A stretch of DNA of 24,956 nucleotides from assembly GCA_031431095.1 (NCBI GenBank), contig JANPCT010000305.1:1-24956 (forward strand), written 5' to 3'. The position numbers and the translations under genes are program-made. Every line of letters starts with the position of its first letter. The stretch's first letter is position 1. This DNA comes from Acidobacteriota bacterium (GTDB lineage: Bacteria; Acidobacteriota; Vicinamibacteria; Vicinamibacterales; 2-12-FULL-66-21). The notes below the pieces were generated by a model. It ran no database searches. It was given only the letters and a program-made list of their open reading frames with translations, and was not told where the DNA came from. Below, in pieces: positions 1-8,452 of the stretch.

Positions 1-1
1 C

Positions 2-1126
2 GAAATCGGCGTGTTGGACGTCGCAGGATTCTACGAGTCCCGCCGCGGCAGTTCGCCGATCAACTTCGGGACGGCGGCCAGCCACCCCTGGGCGCGTGTG
101 GCCGCCTTTGGCGAGACGCCCACTCCCGGCATCGTCCCCGCCAGCGGCCGCGCGATGGTCACGGTTGCCGGCGACGCGGAGCGGGTGGCGATGCGGCGGG
201 AGATCGAGCGCGGGCTCGATGCCGGCGCGCTGGGCGTGGGCATGGGCCTGGTCTATACGCCGGGAGCGACACGGTCGGAAGTGATCGAAGTCTTCCGGAT
301 CGCGGCGGCGCGACACGTGCCGGTCTTCGTCCACGTCCGCAGCACGGGGCGGCTCGAGCCCGGATCGAGTGTCGAGTCGGTGGCGGAGTTGATCGCCGCG
401 TCGGCGATCACCGGCGCACCGCTGCACCTGGTGCACATCAACAGCAGTTGCATGGCCGACGCGCCGGAGTGCCTGGAGATGGTCGCCGGCGCCAGGGCCC
501 GATCCCTCGATGTGACGGTCGAGGGTTATCCCTACGGCGCCGGCATGACCGATCTGAAGTCGGCGGTCTTCAACCCGGGATGGCAGCAGAAGCTTGGCAT
601 CACGGAAAAGGATGTCGCCATCCCGGAGACCGACGAACGTCTCACGGCCGAGTCGTTCGCCCGCTACCGGGCGCAGCCCGGTCCGCGCCTGGTTCTCACC
701 TACACCAACCCCGACGCCGTGGTGGATGCGGTCATGACGCATCCGTTGACCATCGTGGCAAGTGACGCGGTGATGCAGAACGGGCGGGGACACCCGCGCG
801 CCGCCGGCACGTTCGCGCGAGTCCTCGCGCGCTACGTGCGCGAGCAGCGGTCGCTCACGCTGCTGGACGCGGTGCGCAAGATGTCGCTGATGCCGGCGCG
901 CCGCCTCGAGGGTGCCGCGCCCGCCGCGCGCCGCAAGGGACGGCTACAGCCCGGCGCCGATGCCGACCTGGCGATTTTCGATCTCGCCGCCGTCGCCGAC
1001 CGCGCCACCTACGCCAGGCCGACCGAACCGTCCGTCGGCTTCCGTCACGTGCTCGTCAACGGCACGCCCGTCGTGCGAGACGGCCGCTTGCTCCCCGCGA
1101 CGCCTGGCCTGGCGCTGCGGCGGTGA
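2..1126 (+). CDS. N-acyl-D-amino-acid deacylase (D-aminoacylase)-like amidohydrolase, 5'-truncated by window edge
   Basis: The frame is open from position 2. Motifs VFVHVR, LHLVHI, SDA..HPRAAGTFARVL and KGRLQPGADADLAIFD are typical of the amidohydrolase/D-aminoacylase family. Confidence 0.85.
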   Translation, partial: EIGVLDVAGFYESRRGSSPINFGTAASHPWARVAAFGETPTPGIVPASGRAMVTVAGDAERVAMRREIERGLDAGALGVGMGLVYTPGATRSEVIEVFRIAAARHVPVFVHVRSTGRLEPGSSVESVAELIAASAITGAPLHLVHINSSCMADAPECLEMVAGARARSLDVTVEGYPYGAGMTDLKSAVFNPGWQQKLGITEKDVAIPETDERLTAESFARYRAQPGPRLVLTYTNPDAVVDAVMTHPLTIVASDAVMQNGRGHPRAAGTFARVLARYVREQRSLTLLDAVRKMSLMPARRLEGAAPAARRKGRLQPGADADLAIFDLAAVADRATYARPTEPSVGFRHVLVNGTPVVRDGRLLPATPGLALRR

Positions 1127-1132
1127 TGTCTC

Positions 1133-1307
1133 TCACTCGAAGGAGTCGGAGCAGTTCGAAGGACGCTACAAAGTAATGGCTCCTCCAGCCTCGTTCGCGT
1201 CCTCCGCGTCCTCCGCGTCTTTCGACTCCTTCGCGTCCTTCGAGTGAACAACTAAGAGTGGCAGTTCCTTCGCCGTCCTTCGACTCCTTCGATGCCTTCG
1301 AGTGAAA
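1133..1307. repeat. Cluster of degenerate 9-bp repeats (TCCTTCG-NN) in inverted arrangement between convergent genes
   Basis: Runs at 1190-1247 (tcctccgcg tcctccgcg tctttcgac tccttcgcg tccttcgagtga) and 1266-1305 (tccttcgac tccttcgat gccttcgagtga). A reverse-complement copy, tcactcgaaggagtcgga, lies at 1133-1150. Confidence 0.75.
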
Positions 1308-1309
1308 AG

Positions 1310-2767
1310 TCACGCAGCGGTGACCAGGAACACATGCGCGTCGCCCGAATGCAGGCGCACGTACAAGCGACTCATGTCGTTGCGGGTGCGGCGGTAGGTC
1401 TGGCCGGTGAGCTGATCCTTCAGATCGAAGGCGTCTCCGTCGGGCAGGTCGGCGACGCGCACGAACGCTTCCGCGTCGCGAGCGGTGATGTTCACCGCGA
1501 TGACGGCCATCTGGCTGCCAAGGCGCCAGCCGTGAGCGATTACCTCCGTGGCGGCACCGTTCGCGCTACTGACGTCGAGGACCGAGTACGTGCCGTCGTG
1601 GAACAGCGGACGATCGATCGTCGTCAGCAGGCGCGCGTAGAGGTCGCGGATGTCGGCGCGGTCGGGATTGTCCGGCCCGCGTCCGAGCTGCACCGGGACG
1701 CGCATGTCCGCCCCTTCGAGCTGACCGTCGAAGAAGAAACGGAGGCCAGGGAGGGTGAAGGTGAGTGCCGCGGCCCCGCGAACGCGGTGACCGAATGCGG
1801 CGACGCTGCGCGGCTCATCATGGTTCTCGATGAACCGTGCGAGCCTGGCGCTGCCGCGCTGGCTGCGTAGATGCGCGAGCAGCTGAGCGGGGTCGCCATG
1901 TTCCAGGCGATCGAGGAACCCCTTGTCGTAGGTGAAGTCGAAACCCTGCTGCTGAAGCTCCAGTTCCCGATCCCAATACACTTCGGCGAGATAGGTCATC
2001 GGTGCGCGGCGGATCGCCTCGGGCCAGAACTCCGCCTGCGGCCGGCTCCATAGCAGATCGACGCGGTCCTGCCACGTCCGGGCGAACACGTCGTTCAGCG
2101 TGAGCATCGCCATGTCACAGCGCACGCCGTCGGCATGCTGCGCGATCGTGGTCAGTACGCCTGTCATCGCCTCGCGCGTCGCGGGGTTGAAACAATTGAG
2201 CTGCGCCACGTCCGTCCATGGAGGGAAGTAGGGATCGCGTCCGCAGGCGATGAACCTCACCGACCCGTCCGGATCCTCGATGGGGCGATAGAGCAGCGGC
2301 TCGGCGCGATAGTTGTCGAGCGTGCCCTGGACGAAAAACTCGGGCGCCGTGCGGATCCATTCGTGGTCGAAGCCGGTGTGGTTCGACACGAAGTCCAGCA
2401 TCAGCCGCAGCCCGCGCGAGGCCAGTTCCTCCCGGCAGCGGTCGAGCGCAGGCCAGCCGCCCATACGCGCGTCAGGTTCATAGGCCTGAATGGAGTACGG
2501 CGAGCCGGCGACGTCGGGCATGCCCCAGCCCGGGAGCGCGCGGTCGTACTCCGTCATCAGCGCTCGATCCGTGCGCGCCAGCAGTCGTCCGACGGCGCTG
2601 CGGCGCCACACCCCCAAGAGGTAGACGCAGTCGACGCCGCGCCCGGCAATCGCGTCCCAGACCGCTGGTGACACGTCGGCCAGCGTGACACGTCTGTCTT
2701 CGGCCCGTGACATCCGATCGAGCCACGGCCACGCGTTGATTTCGTACAGATGAGGATGGCGGCGCAT
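1310..2767 (-). CDS. Alpha-amylase family glycoside hydrolase (GH13)
   Basis: Conserved GH13 regions LMLDFVSNH, DGVRCDMAML (nucleophile Asp), AEVYW (acid/base Glu) and FIENHDE (third Asp). No signal peptide is apparent. Confidence 0.9.
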   Translation of the reverse strand: MRRHPHLYEINAWPWLDRMSRAEDRRVTLADVSPAVWDAIAGRGVDCVYLLGVWRRSAVGRLLARTDRALMTEYDRALPGWGMPDVAGSPYSIQAYEPDARMGGWPALDRCREELASRGLRLMLDFVSNHTGFDHEWIRTAPEFFVQGTLDNYRAEPLLYRPIEDPDGSVRFIACGRDPYFPPWTDVAQLNCFNPATREAMTGVLTTIAQHADGVRCDMAMLTLNDVFARTWQDRVDLLWSRPQAEFWPEAIRRAPMTYLAEVYWDRELELQQQGFDFTYDKGFLDRLEHGDPAQLLAHLRSQRGSARLARFIENHDEPRSVAAFGHRVRGAAALTFTLPGLRFFFDGQLEGADMRVPVQLGRGPDNPDRADIRDLYARLLTTIDRPLFHDGTYSVLDVSSANGAATEVIAHGWRLGSQMAVIAVNITARDAEAFVRVADLPDGDAFDLKDQLTGQTYRRTRNDMSRLYVRLHSGDAHVFLVTAA

Positions 2768-2954
2768 TACGGATTAGCTGTTCTTCTGGTAGCGTTGCGG
2801 ACAACGATCGGCTGCAAGGGTCGCCTCGATCGGTTGAAGGGTCGCAAACGGCCGGTTGGTTATATCAGCTTTCCAGGCGCGGCCCACCAGGCCCGTCTTC
2901 AACGTCCCCACTGGCGTTCGCCAGAGTCGTCGACGGACTGCAGATGAGGAGATC

Positions 2955-4031
2955 ATGAAAGCGATCGTCGTGAAGCCGGGCGAGAGAGACACGATCCACA
3001 TGCGCGACATGCCGGATCCCGGAATGGCGCCGGACCAGGTGGCGGTGAAGGTGCTCCGCGTCGGGCTGTGCGGGACCGATGCCGAGATCAACCACGGCGT
3101 CTACGGCCAGCCGCCCGACGGCGACGAGTTTCTCATTCTCGGCCATGAGAACCTCGGCATCGTCGAGGACGTCGGCAAGAAGGTCAGCGGCTGGAAGGCC
3201 GGCGATCTCGTCGTCGCGACCGTGCGGCGGCCGTGCGGTAGCTGTCCGCAATGCCAGGCCGGCGAGAACGACATGTGCAGCAGCGGCCAGTACTCCGAGC
3301 GGGGCATTCTGCGCCGCCACGGATTCATGGCGCAGTATTACGTCGAGCAGCCGCTCTTCCTGCACAAGATTCCCAGAGGCATCCGCGAGTTCGCCGTGCT
3401 GCTCGAACCGATGTCGGTGGTGCAGAAGGCGATCGATCACAGCTATCTGCTGCAGCGGCGGCTCAAGACGTGGAAGCCCCGGTTCGCGATGGTGCTCGGG
3501 GCGGGGCCGATCGGGCTGCTCGCCGCGGCGGTGTTGCGCGCGCGGGGACTGCGCGTTGCCGTCGTCGGCCGCGAACGTTCGACCGACGTCCGTGTCGCGG
3601 TCGTCAACCAACTCGGCGCCGAGTACGTCTGCGTCGCCGACAAGGCGCTCGTTGACGTCCCCGCGGAAACCGGCTACCCCGACCTCGTCATCGAAGCCAC
3701 CGGCGCGGCGAAGGTGGTTTTCGACGCGATGGAGATTCTCGGCAGGAACGCCGTCCTCTGCCTCTTGTCGGTCACGCCCGGCGACACCGTCAACGCGGAG
3801 CCGATCGATCGCATCAACCAGAAGATCGTGCTCGGTAACCAGGTGGTGTTCGGCAGCGTCAATGCCAGCCCCCGGCATTTCAAGCAGGGAGTGAAGGACT
3901 TCGTCTTCATCGAGAAGACGTGGCCCGGCGCCATGAACAAGCTGCTCACCGACAAGATCCCGTGGGCCGACCATAAGAAATGGTTCGGCGATCGAACTGC
4001 AGGCATCAAGTCGACGCTCGAAATCGCGTAG
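2955..4031 (+). CDS. Zn-dependent MDR-family dehydrogenase, glucose 1-dehydrogenase-like
   Basis: ATG at 2955 with SD GAGGAG at 2946-2951. Catalytic Zn motifs CGTD and GHE, structural Zn cluster RRPCGSCPQC...DMC, Rossmann GAGPIG, and VFGSVNA typical of the archaeal-type glucose dehydrogenase subfamily. Confidence 0.85.
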   Translation: MKAIVVKPGERDTIHMRDMPDPGMAPDQVAVKVLRVGLCGTDAEINHGVYGQPPDGDEFLILGHENLGIVEDVGKKVSGWKAGDLVVATVRRPCGSCPQCQAGENDMCSSGQYSERGILRRHGFMAQYYVEQPLFLHKIPRGIREFAVLLEPMSVVQKAIDHSYLLQRRLKTWKPRFAMVLGAGPIGLLAAAVLRARGLRVAVVGRERSTDVRVAVVNQLGAEYVCVADKALVDVPAETGYPDLVIEATGAAKVVFDAMEILGRNAVLCLLSVTPGDTVNAEPIDRINQKIVLGNQVVFGSVNASPRHFKQGVKDFVFIEKTWPGAMNKLLTDKIPWADHKKWFGDRTAGIKSTLEIA

Positions 4032-4185
4032 ACGCTCGAAAGTGAAATGTGCCACGCGGCTGATGCCCCGGTTGTGTCCCGGCAGCGAACTTGCGCGCTC
4101 AAGACGGAACACTCAACTCTATCACCAGCCATATCAGCACTTTAACAAGCGAAGTTCAGCCCAAATCGCGTCCAAAAGGTTCATA

Positions 4186-4196
4186 ACGGAACACAG
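4186..4196 (+). promoter_or_regulatory. Candidate upstream activator (enhancer) site ACGGAACACAG
   Basis: An identical 11-mer lies at 8331-8341. In both places its GG is 105 bp upstream of the sigma54 -24 GG. A further ACGGAACAC lies at 4104-4112. Confidence 0.5.
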
Positions 4197-4290
4197 GCCA
4201 TGGTGTTGCGGCCTTGGCTCGCTCGACCGTCTGTCGCGCTAACCATCAAGATCGCAGATGGTTACGGTGTGTGCCTGTTCCCCAGCCCGA

Positions 4291-4307
4291 GTGGTCTGCA
4301 GATTGCT
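4291..4307 (+). promoter_or_regulatory. Sigma54 (-24/-12) promoter upstream of the S8 peptidase
   Basis: GTGGTCTGCAGATTGCT has GG at 4293-4294, a 10-nt spacer and GC at 4305-4306, with TTGCT. It lies about 35 bp upstream of ATG 4342. Confidence 0.6.
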
Positions 4308-4341
4308 CTGCCGAGATCGCTTGTTCCTGGACGGTACACAA

Positions 4342-6117
4342 ATGAAGTCTTCGCTCATCGCGCTGCCTGCTGCTCTCGCTGTTTGTCTGGCCTCATGGGT
4401 TGCCACGCCCGCCGGCCAGCCACAGTCGCCAACACTGTCCGACGATCTGGCTCACCACGCGCCGGGGGTGCATACGCACCGCGTCATCGTGCAGTCGTCT
4501 GACGCCGGCCTCCTCGGCGCGGTTCGCCGGGGGGTGCACGGTCTGCTCCGCCGCGAGTTGAACGGGGCGATGGCGATCGAGGTGACGGACGCGCAACTCG
4601 ATGCGCTGCGGCGCAACCCGCTCCTCGCCCACATCTCGGGTGACCTTCCGGTCGTCGGTGACATGGCCCTCACCAACAAGGTGACGGGCGCGACCGCGGT
4701 GTGGCAAGGAACTCCCGGCGGTCTGCTCGGGCTCGGCGGCACACCAGGCTACACCGGCGCCGGCGTCACCGTCGCGGTGCTCGACTCCGGCATCGCAGCG
4801 CACAGCGCGCTCGACTCGCGCGTCATCGCGCGCGTCAACCTGGTGTCGAGCGAGCCGGGCATGACGGGCGATCCCTTTGGACACGGCACACACCTCGCCG
4901 GCATCATCGGTGGCAATCGCACGGCTGCTTCGTCCGTCACGCCTTCGTTCGGCGGCGGCAGCGCGCCATCGGTGCGGCTGGTGGACGTCCGCGTGCTCGG
5001 CGCGTCGGGTTCGGGTCGCACCAGCGACGTCATCGCCGGCATCGACTGGGTCATCGCCAATCGTCAGGCCTACGGCATGCGCGTCATCAACCTGTCGTTG
5101 GGACATCCTGTGGTCGAGCCGTCCGCAACCGATCCTCTCTGCCGCGCGGTGTCGCGCGCCGTTGCGGCGGGCATCACCGTGGTAGTGTCCGCGGGCAATT
5201 ACGGCCTGACCTCGTCCGGCCAGCCCGTGCTCGGCGGCATCACCTCTCCCGGAAATTCACCTGATGCACTGACGGTCGGCGCGATCGACACGAAGGGCAC
5301 GCTGGATACCGGGGACGATGTGGTGGCGCCGTTCAGCTCGCGTGGACCGGCTCGATACGAGATCGTGGTGAAGCCGGACGTCGTGGCTCCGGGAACGCGC
5401 GTCGTCTCTCTCGAGGCGCAGCGCTCGATCATCAGCGATTCCTATCCGCAGTGGCACATCGCGGGAAGTGGAAAGAACTCGTACCTGCGCCTGAGCGGCT
5501 CGAGCATGTCGACCGCCGTCGTCAGCGGCGGCATTGCGCTGCTTCTGAACGGCCAGCCGCAACTGACGCCGGCGCAGGTGAAGATGGCGCTGCAGATGGG
5601 CGCCCGCTTCATGCCGGACGCCGGGCTCGTCGGTGGGGGCACCGGCGCGGTGGACTTCTCGCGGGCGCAGAAGATTGCGGAGGCCGGTCTGCTCGGCTCC
5701 GGCCTGACCAGTGTCAGCACCTTGCTTGGCGGGGCCTCCGGAGCGGCGTTCCGGGACGCCGGCACGCTGATCGATCGCGTCTACGATCGCAGCGGCATCC
5801 GGCTGCTGGGGATCCTCGATCTCTCCCTGGTGTTCCGTAACGCCGATAGCGCGGAGCCCGGCGTGCTCCATCTGCTCGGCACGTCGAACCCGCTCGGATA
5901 TGCGGCGCCGAATTACGTCGTCTGGGGAAACGTCGCGGGCTGGTCCAGCAGCTACTACGTTGTCTGGGGTAACTCGATCCAGGCGCCGTCCGGACAGTAC
6001 GTGGTCTGGGGCAACAACAACGTTTCGGATCCCAACTACGTGGTCTGGGGCAACGCCGATACGGCTGACGGCAGCTACGTGGTGTGGGGCAACAGCCTCC
6101 CCGGCGGCGGCCACTGA
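4342..6117 (+). CDS. Secreted S8 (subtilase) serine peptidase with five C-terminal YVVWGN repeats
   Basis: Signal peptide MKSSLIALPAALAVCLASWVATPAG and a propeptide. Triad VAVLDSG / GHGTHLAG / SGSSMS, oxyanion-hole VSAGN. The C-terminal repeats are encoded at 5914-6093. Confidence 0.9.
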   Translation: MKSSLIALPAALAVCLASWVATPAGQPQSPTLSDDLAHHAPGVHTHRVIVQSSDAGLLGAVRRGVHGLLRRELNGAMAIEVTDAQLDALRRNPLLAHISGDLPVVGDMALTNKVTGATAVWQGTPGGLLGLGGTPGYTGAGVTVAVLDSGIAAHSALDSRVIARVNLVSSEPGMTGDPFGHGTHLAGIIGGNRTAASSVTPSFGGGSAPSVRLVDVRVLGASGSGRTSDVIAGIDWVIANRQAYGMRVINLSLGHPVVEPSATDPLCRAVSRAVAAGITVVVSAGNYGLTSSGQPVLGGITSPGNSPDALTVGAIDTKGTLDTGDDVVAPFSSRGPARYEIVVKPDVVAPGTRVVSLEAQRSIISDSYPQWHIAGSGKNSYLRLSGSSMSTAVVSGGIALLLNGQPQLTPAQVKMALQMGARFMPDAGLVGGGTGAVDFSRAQKIAEAGLLGSGLTSVSTLLGGASGAAFRDAGTLIDRVYDRSGIRLLGILDLSLVFRNADSAEPGVLHLLGTSNPLGYAAPNYVVWGNVAGWSSSYYVVWGNSIQAPSGQYVVWGNNNVSDPNYVVWGNADTADGSYVVWGNSLPGGGH

Positions 6118-6128
6118 ACGAAGGGACC

Positions 6129-8081
6129 GTGAGCGAGCGCCCGAACACATCGCCAGGCCTGCCGTTCGCGGCAAGGCTCCTGGTCACGACGGTCTGCGTG
6201 TGCGGTGGCGCTGCCGCCGCGCAGAGCGTCGCCGTCCTGTTGCGCGGGACGGTGGCGCCGGAATGGGTGCTGTTTGCGGTGCTGACGGTGCTGAGCGGAA
6301 TGCTCAGCATCAAGATCCCCTCGATCCAATCGCGATTCTCCCTTGCCGAAGTATTCGGGCTGGCGTCCGTCCTCCTCTTCGGACCGGCGGTCGGCGCCGT
6401 CACGCTGGCGCTCGACGGCCTGCGCATCTCCATTTCATGGAAGATGACGAGGCAGCAGACCGCGTTCAACATTACCAACCTGGCGCTGTCGATCTGGTTG
6501 TCAGGACAGTTGTTCTTCCTCGTCAGCGGAACCGGGCCTCTCTATCGCCACGACCCGCCGGGTGCGAGCATCGTGTTGTCGCTCGCGGTGCTGGCCACCG
6601 CGTACTTCGGCGTGAACAGCGGTCTGACGGCCGCGGTGATCGCGCTGTCGGGGCGCAAATCGCCGCGCGCCGTGTGGCTCGAGCACTACTGGCCCTTGTT
6701 TCCAAGTTATCTCGCCGGAGCGTCGGTGGCACTCCTCCTGGTGCTCGCGTTCAGAGAGGTCCGCTTCACTGCCATCGCGCTGATTCTTCCGCTGATCCTG
6801 ATCTGCTACCTGACGCTGCGCTCGTCGTTCGGGCGGTTGGAAGATTCGAAGACGCACGTCGATCAGCTCAATCGGCTGCTGCTGTCAACCGTGGAGACGC
6901 TGGCCACGGCGATCGACGCCAAGGACGAAGTCACGCACGATCATGTGCGCCGCGTGCAGCAGGGCACGCTCGGCCTCGCGCGCGAGCTTGGCGTCAGCGA
7001 TCCCGATACGCTGAAGGGGCTCGAAGCCGCGGCGTTGCTGCACGACACCGGGAAGATCGCCGTACCGGAACACATCCTCAACAAGCCCGGACGTCTCACG
7101 CCGGCGGAATTCGAGACGATGAAGCGCCACGCGCCGGCCGGGGCCGATATCCTCTCGTCAATCGAGTTTCCCTATCCGGTTGTGCCGATCGTGCGCCATC
7201 ATCACGAGAACTGGGACGGCAGCGGCTATCCGGACGGACTGTCCGGCGTCGCGATTCCGCTCGGGGCGCGCATCCTGTCCGTGGTGGACTGCTACGACGC
7301 ACTCACGTCCGATCGCCCCTACCGCAAGCGCATGAGCGAGCCTGATGCGCTCAAGATCATCGTCGACCGCCGCGGCACGATGTACGATCCCATGGTCGTC
7401 GATGCGTTTCTGGGCTGCTACGGGCGCATCATGCCCGAGCCGGTGGCGACGCGCCATCCTGCGGCACAGGCGGTTGGCGCAGTCATGTCGCTCGATCGCG
7501 AAGAACACCGGGGACAGGCGATGCCGGCGCTCGACGGCAGCATGACCGACGGCTTGCTGGCAGTGACCAGTCTGTCGCGGGCGGTCTCCGGCGGCGCACG
7601 CATCGCCGATGTCGGCGCGCTGATGTGGATGGTCGTTCGGCAGGTGCTGCCGTGTGACGCCATGGCCATCTTCCTGCCCGACGAGCGGTTCGATCACGTG
7701 ACCGTCCGGTACGCGGCCGGCGCGCACGCAGTCGCCCTGCGCACGCTGACGCGCGCGTCGGGCACCGGCATCGCGGGTTGGGTCGCCGTCAACCGCCAGG
7801 CGGCGCTCAATGCGGATCCGGCACTCGACTTCGGCCTGACCTCGGCGGCGCCGCCGCTGCGGTCGTGTCTGGCCAGCCCTCTGATCGAAGGGGACTCGCT
7901 CGTGGCCGTGCTCGCCCTCTACCGTGACGGCCCGGGCGCCTTCTCCGAAGACGACGTCCGCCTCGTGGAGCTCCTCGCGCCGCGGCTCGCCTCGTCACTG
8001 GTTGACGCCGCCGGGGCCGAGCGGAGCGCAACCAGCACGCCAGCTTTGAAGCTGGTAAGAAGCCACTCGCAGGGTGCCTGA
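6129..8081 (+). CDS. Membrane-bound HD-GYP cyclic-dinucleotide phosphodiesterase with N-terminal multi-TM sensor and C-terminal GAF domain
   Basis: GTG at 6129 is 11 bp after the peptidase stop. There are roughly 6-7 hydrophobic segments. The HD-GYP motifs are intact: AIDAKD..T..H..RV, LLHDTGK, RHHHENWDGSGYPDGL, VVDCYDALTSDRPYR. The GAF signature is GIAGWVA...LNAD...PL...VLALY...F.EDD. Confidence 0.9.
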   Translation: MSERPNTSPGLPFAARLLVTTVCVCGGAAAAQSVAVLLRGTVAPEWVLFAVLTVLSGMLSIKIPSIQSRFSLAEVFGLASVLLFGPAVGAVTLALDGLRISISWKMTRQQTAFNITNLALSIWLSGQLFFLVSGTGPLYRHDPPGASIVLSLAVLATAYFGVNSGLTAAVIALSGRKSPRAVWLEHYWPLFPSYLAGASVALLLVLAFREVRFTAIALILPLILICYLTLRSSFGRLEDSKTHVDQLNRLLLSTVETLATAIDAKDEVTHDHVRRVQQGTLGLARELGVSDPDTLKGLEAAALLHDTGKIAVPEHILNKPGRLTPAEFETMKRHAPAGADILSSIEFPYPVVPIVRHHHENWDGSGYPDGLSGVAIPLGARILSVVDCYDALTSDRPYRKRMSEPDALKIIVDRRGTMYDPMVVDAFLGCYGRIMPEPVATRHPAAQAVGAVMSLDREEHRGQAMPALDGSMTDGLLAVTSLSRAVSGGARIADVGALMWMVVRQVLPCDAMAIFLPDERFDHVTVRYAAGAHAVALRTLTRASGTGIAGWVAVNRQAALNADPALDFGLTSAAPPLRSCLASPLIEGDSLVAVLALYRDGPGAFSEDDVRLVELLAPRLASSLVDAAGAERSATSTPALKLVRSHSQGA

Positions 8082-8174
8082 AAAATTGGCGCTCTCGGAC
8101 CTTCCGCCTGAAGGCGGAAAACTCAGGAACTCCAACTCAGGGCTCTGTAGTTTCCGCCTTTAGGCGGAATTCAC
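8067..8174. repeat. REP-like element copy 1: inverted pair of TTCCGCCT-NN-AGGCGGAA palindromes with left flank
   Basis: Palindromes at 8102-8119 and 8152-8169, the latter preceded by GTAG at 8147-8150. It is near-identical to the elements at 14346-14549 and 24858-24926. Confidence 0.85.
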
Positions 8175-8330
8175 CTCTCGTCCGGCCGCATCAAGGCAAC
8201 TGTCTCCGGTCCCCGCAAAGCGGGTCAAAATAGCGTTTCAAGTTCCAAAATAAGACAACTACAGCTAAGTTTAATGGCTGTAACGTTTAGGTCCATAAAA
8301 AGCTATCGTTTAGTGTTCATTTGTACCTTT

Positions 8331-8341
8331 ACGGAACACAG
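8331..8341 (+). promoter_or_regulatory. Candidate upstream activator site ACGGAACACAG, part of GTGTTC-N15-GAACAC dyad (8313-8339)
   Basis: Identical to 4186-4196, with the same 105-bp spacing to a sigma54 -24 element. A perfect 6-bp inverted partner GTGTTC lies at 8313-8318. Confidence 0.5.
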
Positions 8342-8435
8342 AGTCCGTCCGAGCTGACAAGCCTTGACCAACGCTTGTCGCTCATAAGTCCATATCAGAC
8401 AACATTTTGCAAACGCGTTTCATATATGGAACGGG

Positions 8436-8452
8436 CTGGCTCGTCAATTGCT
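8436..8452 (+). promoter_or_regulatory. Sigma54 (-24/-12) promoter upstream of first stand-alone GAF gene
   Basis: CTGGCTCGTCAATTGCT has GG at 8438-8439, a 10-nt spacer and GC at 8450-8451. It is close to the consensus YTGGCACG-N3-TTGCW. Confidence 0.7.

Noticed and set aside
1045-1313. Arg-rich protamine-like ORF (1045-1251) and overlapping short ORFs
   Set aside because: These are translation artefacts of the 9-bp intergenic repeat.
8067-8174. REP copies as autonomous insertion sequences
   Set aside because: There is no transposase and no clear right terminal inverted repeat or target duplication.
8260-8282. TACAGC-N11-GCTGTA inverted repeat as a regulator site
   Set aside because: It has only 6-bp arms and no counterpart in the twin promoter at 4.1-4.3 kb, so support is insufficient.
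8195-8300. c-di-GMP-I (GEMM) riboswitch, suggested by GGCAAC and CGCAAAGC
   Set aside because: It lacks the GGCAAACC..GAAA..GG P2 helix and correct P3 spacing. Only a small CCCGC-AAA-GCGGG hairpin is present.
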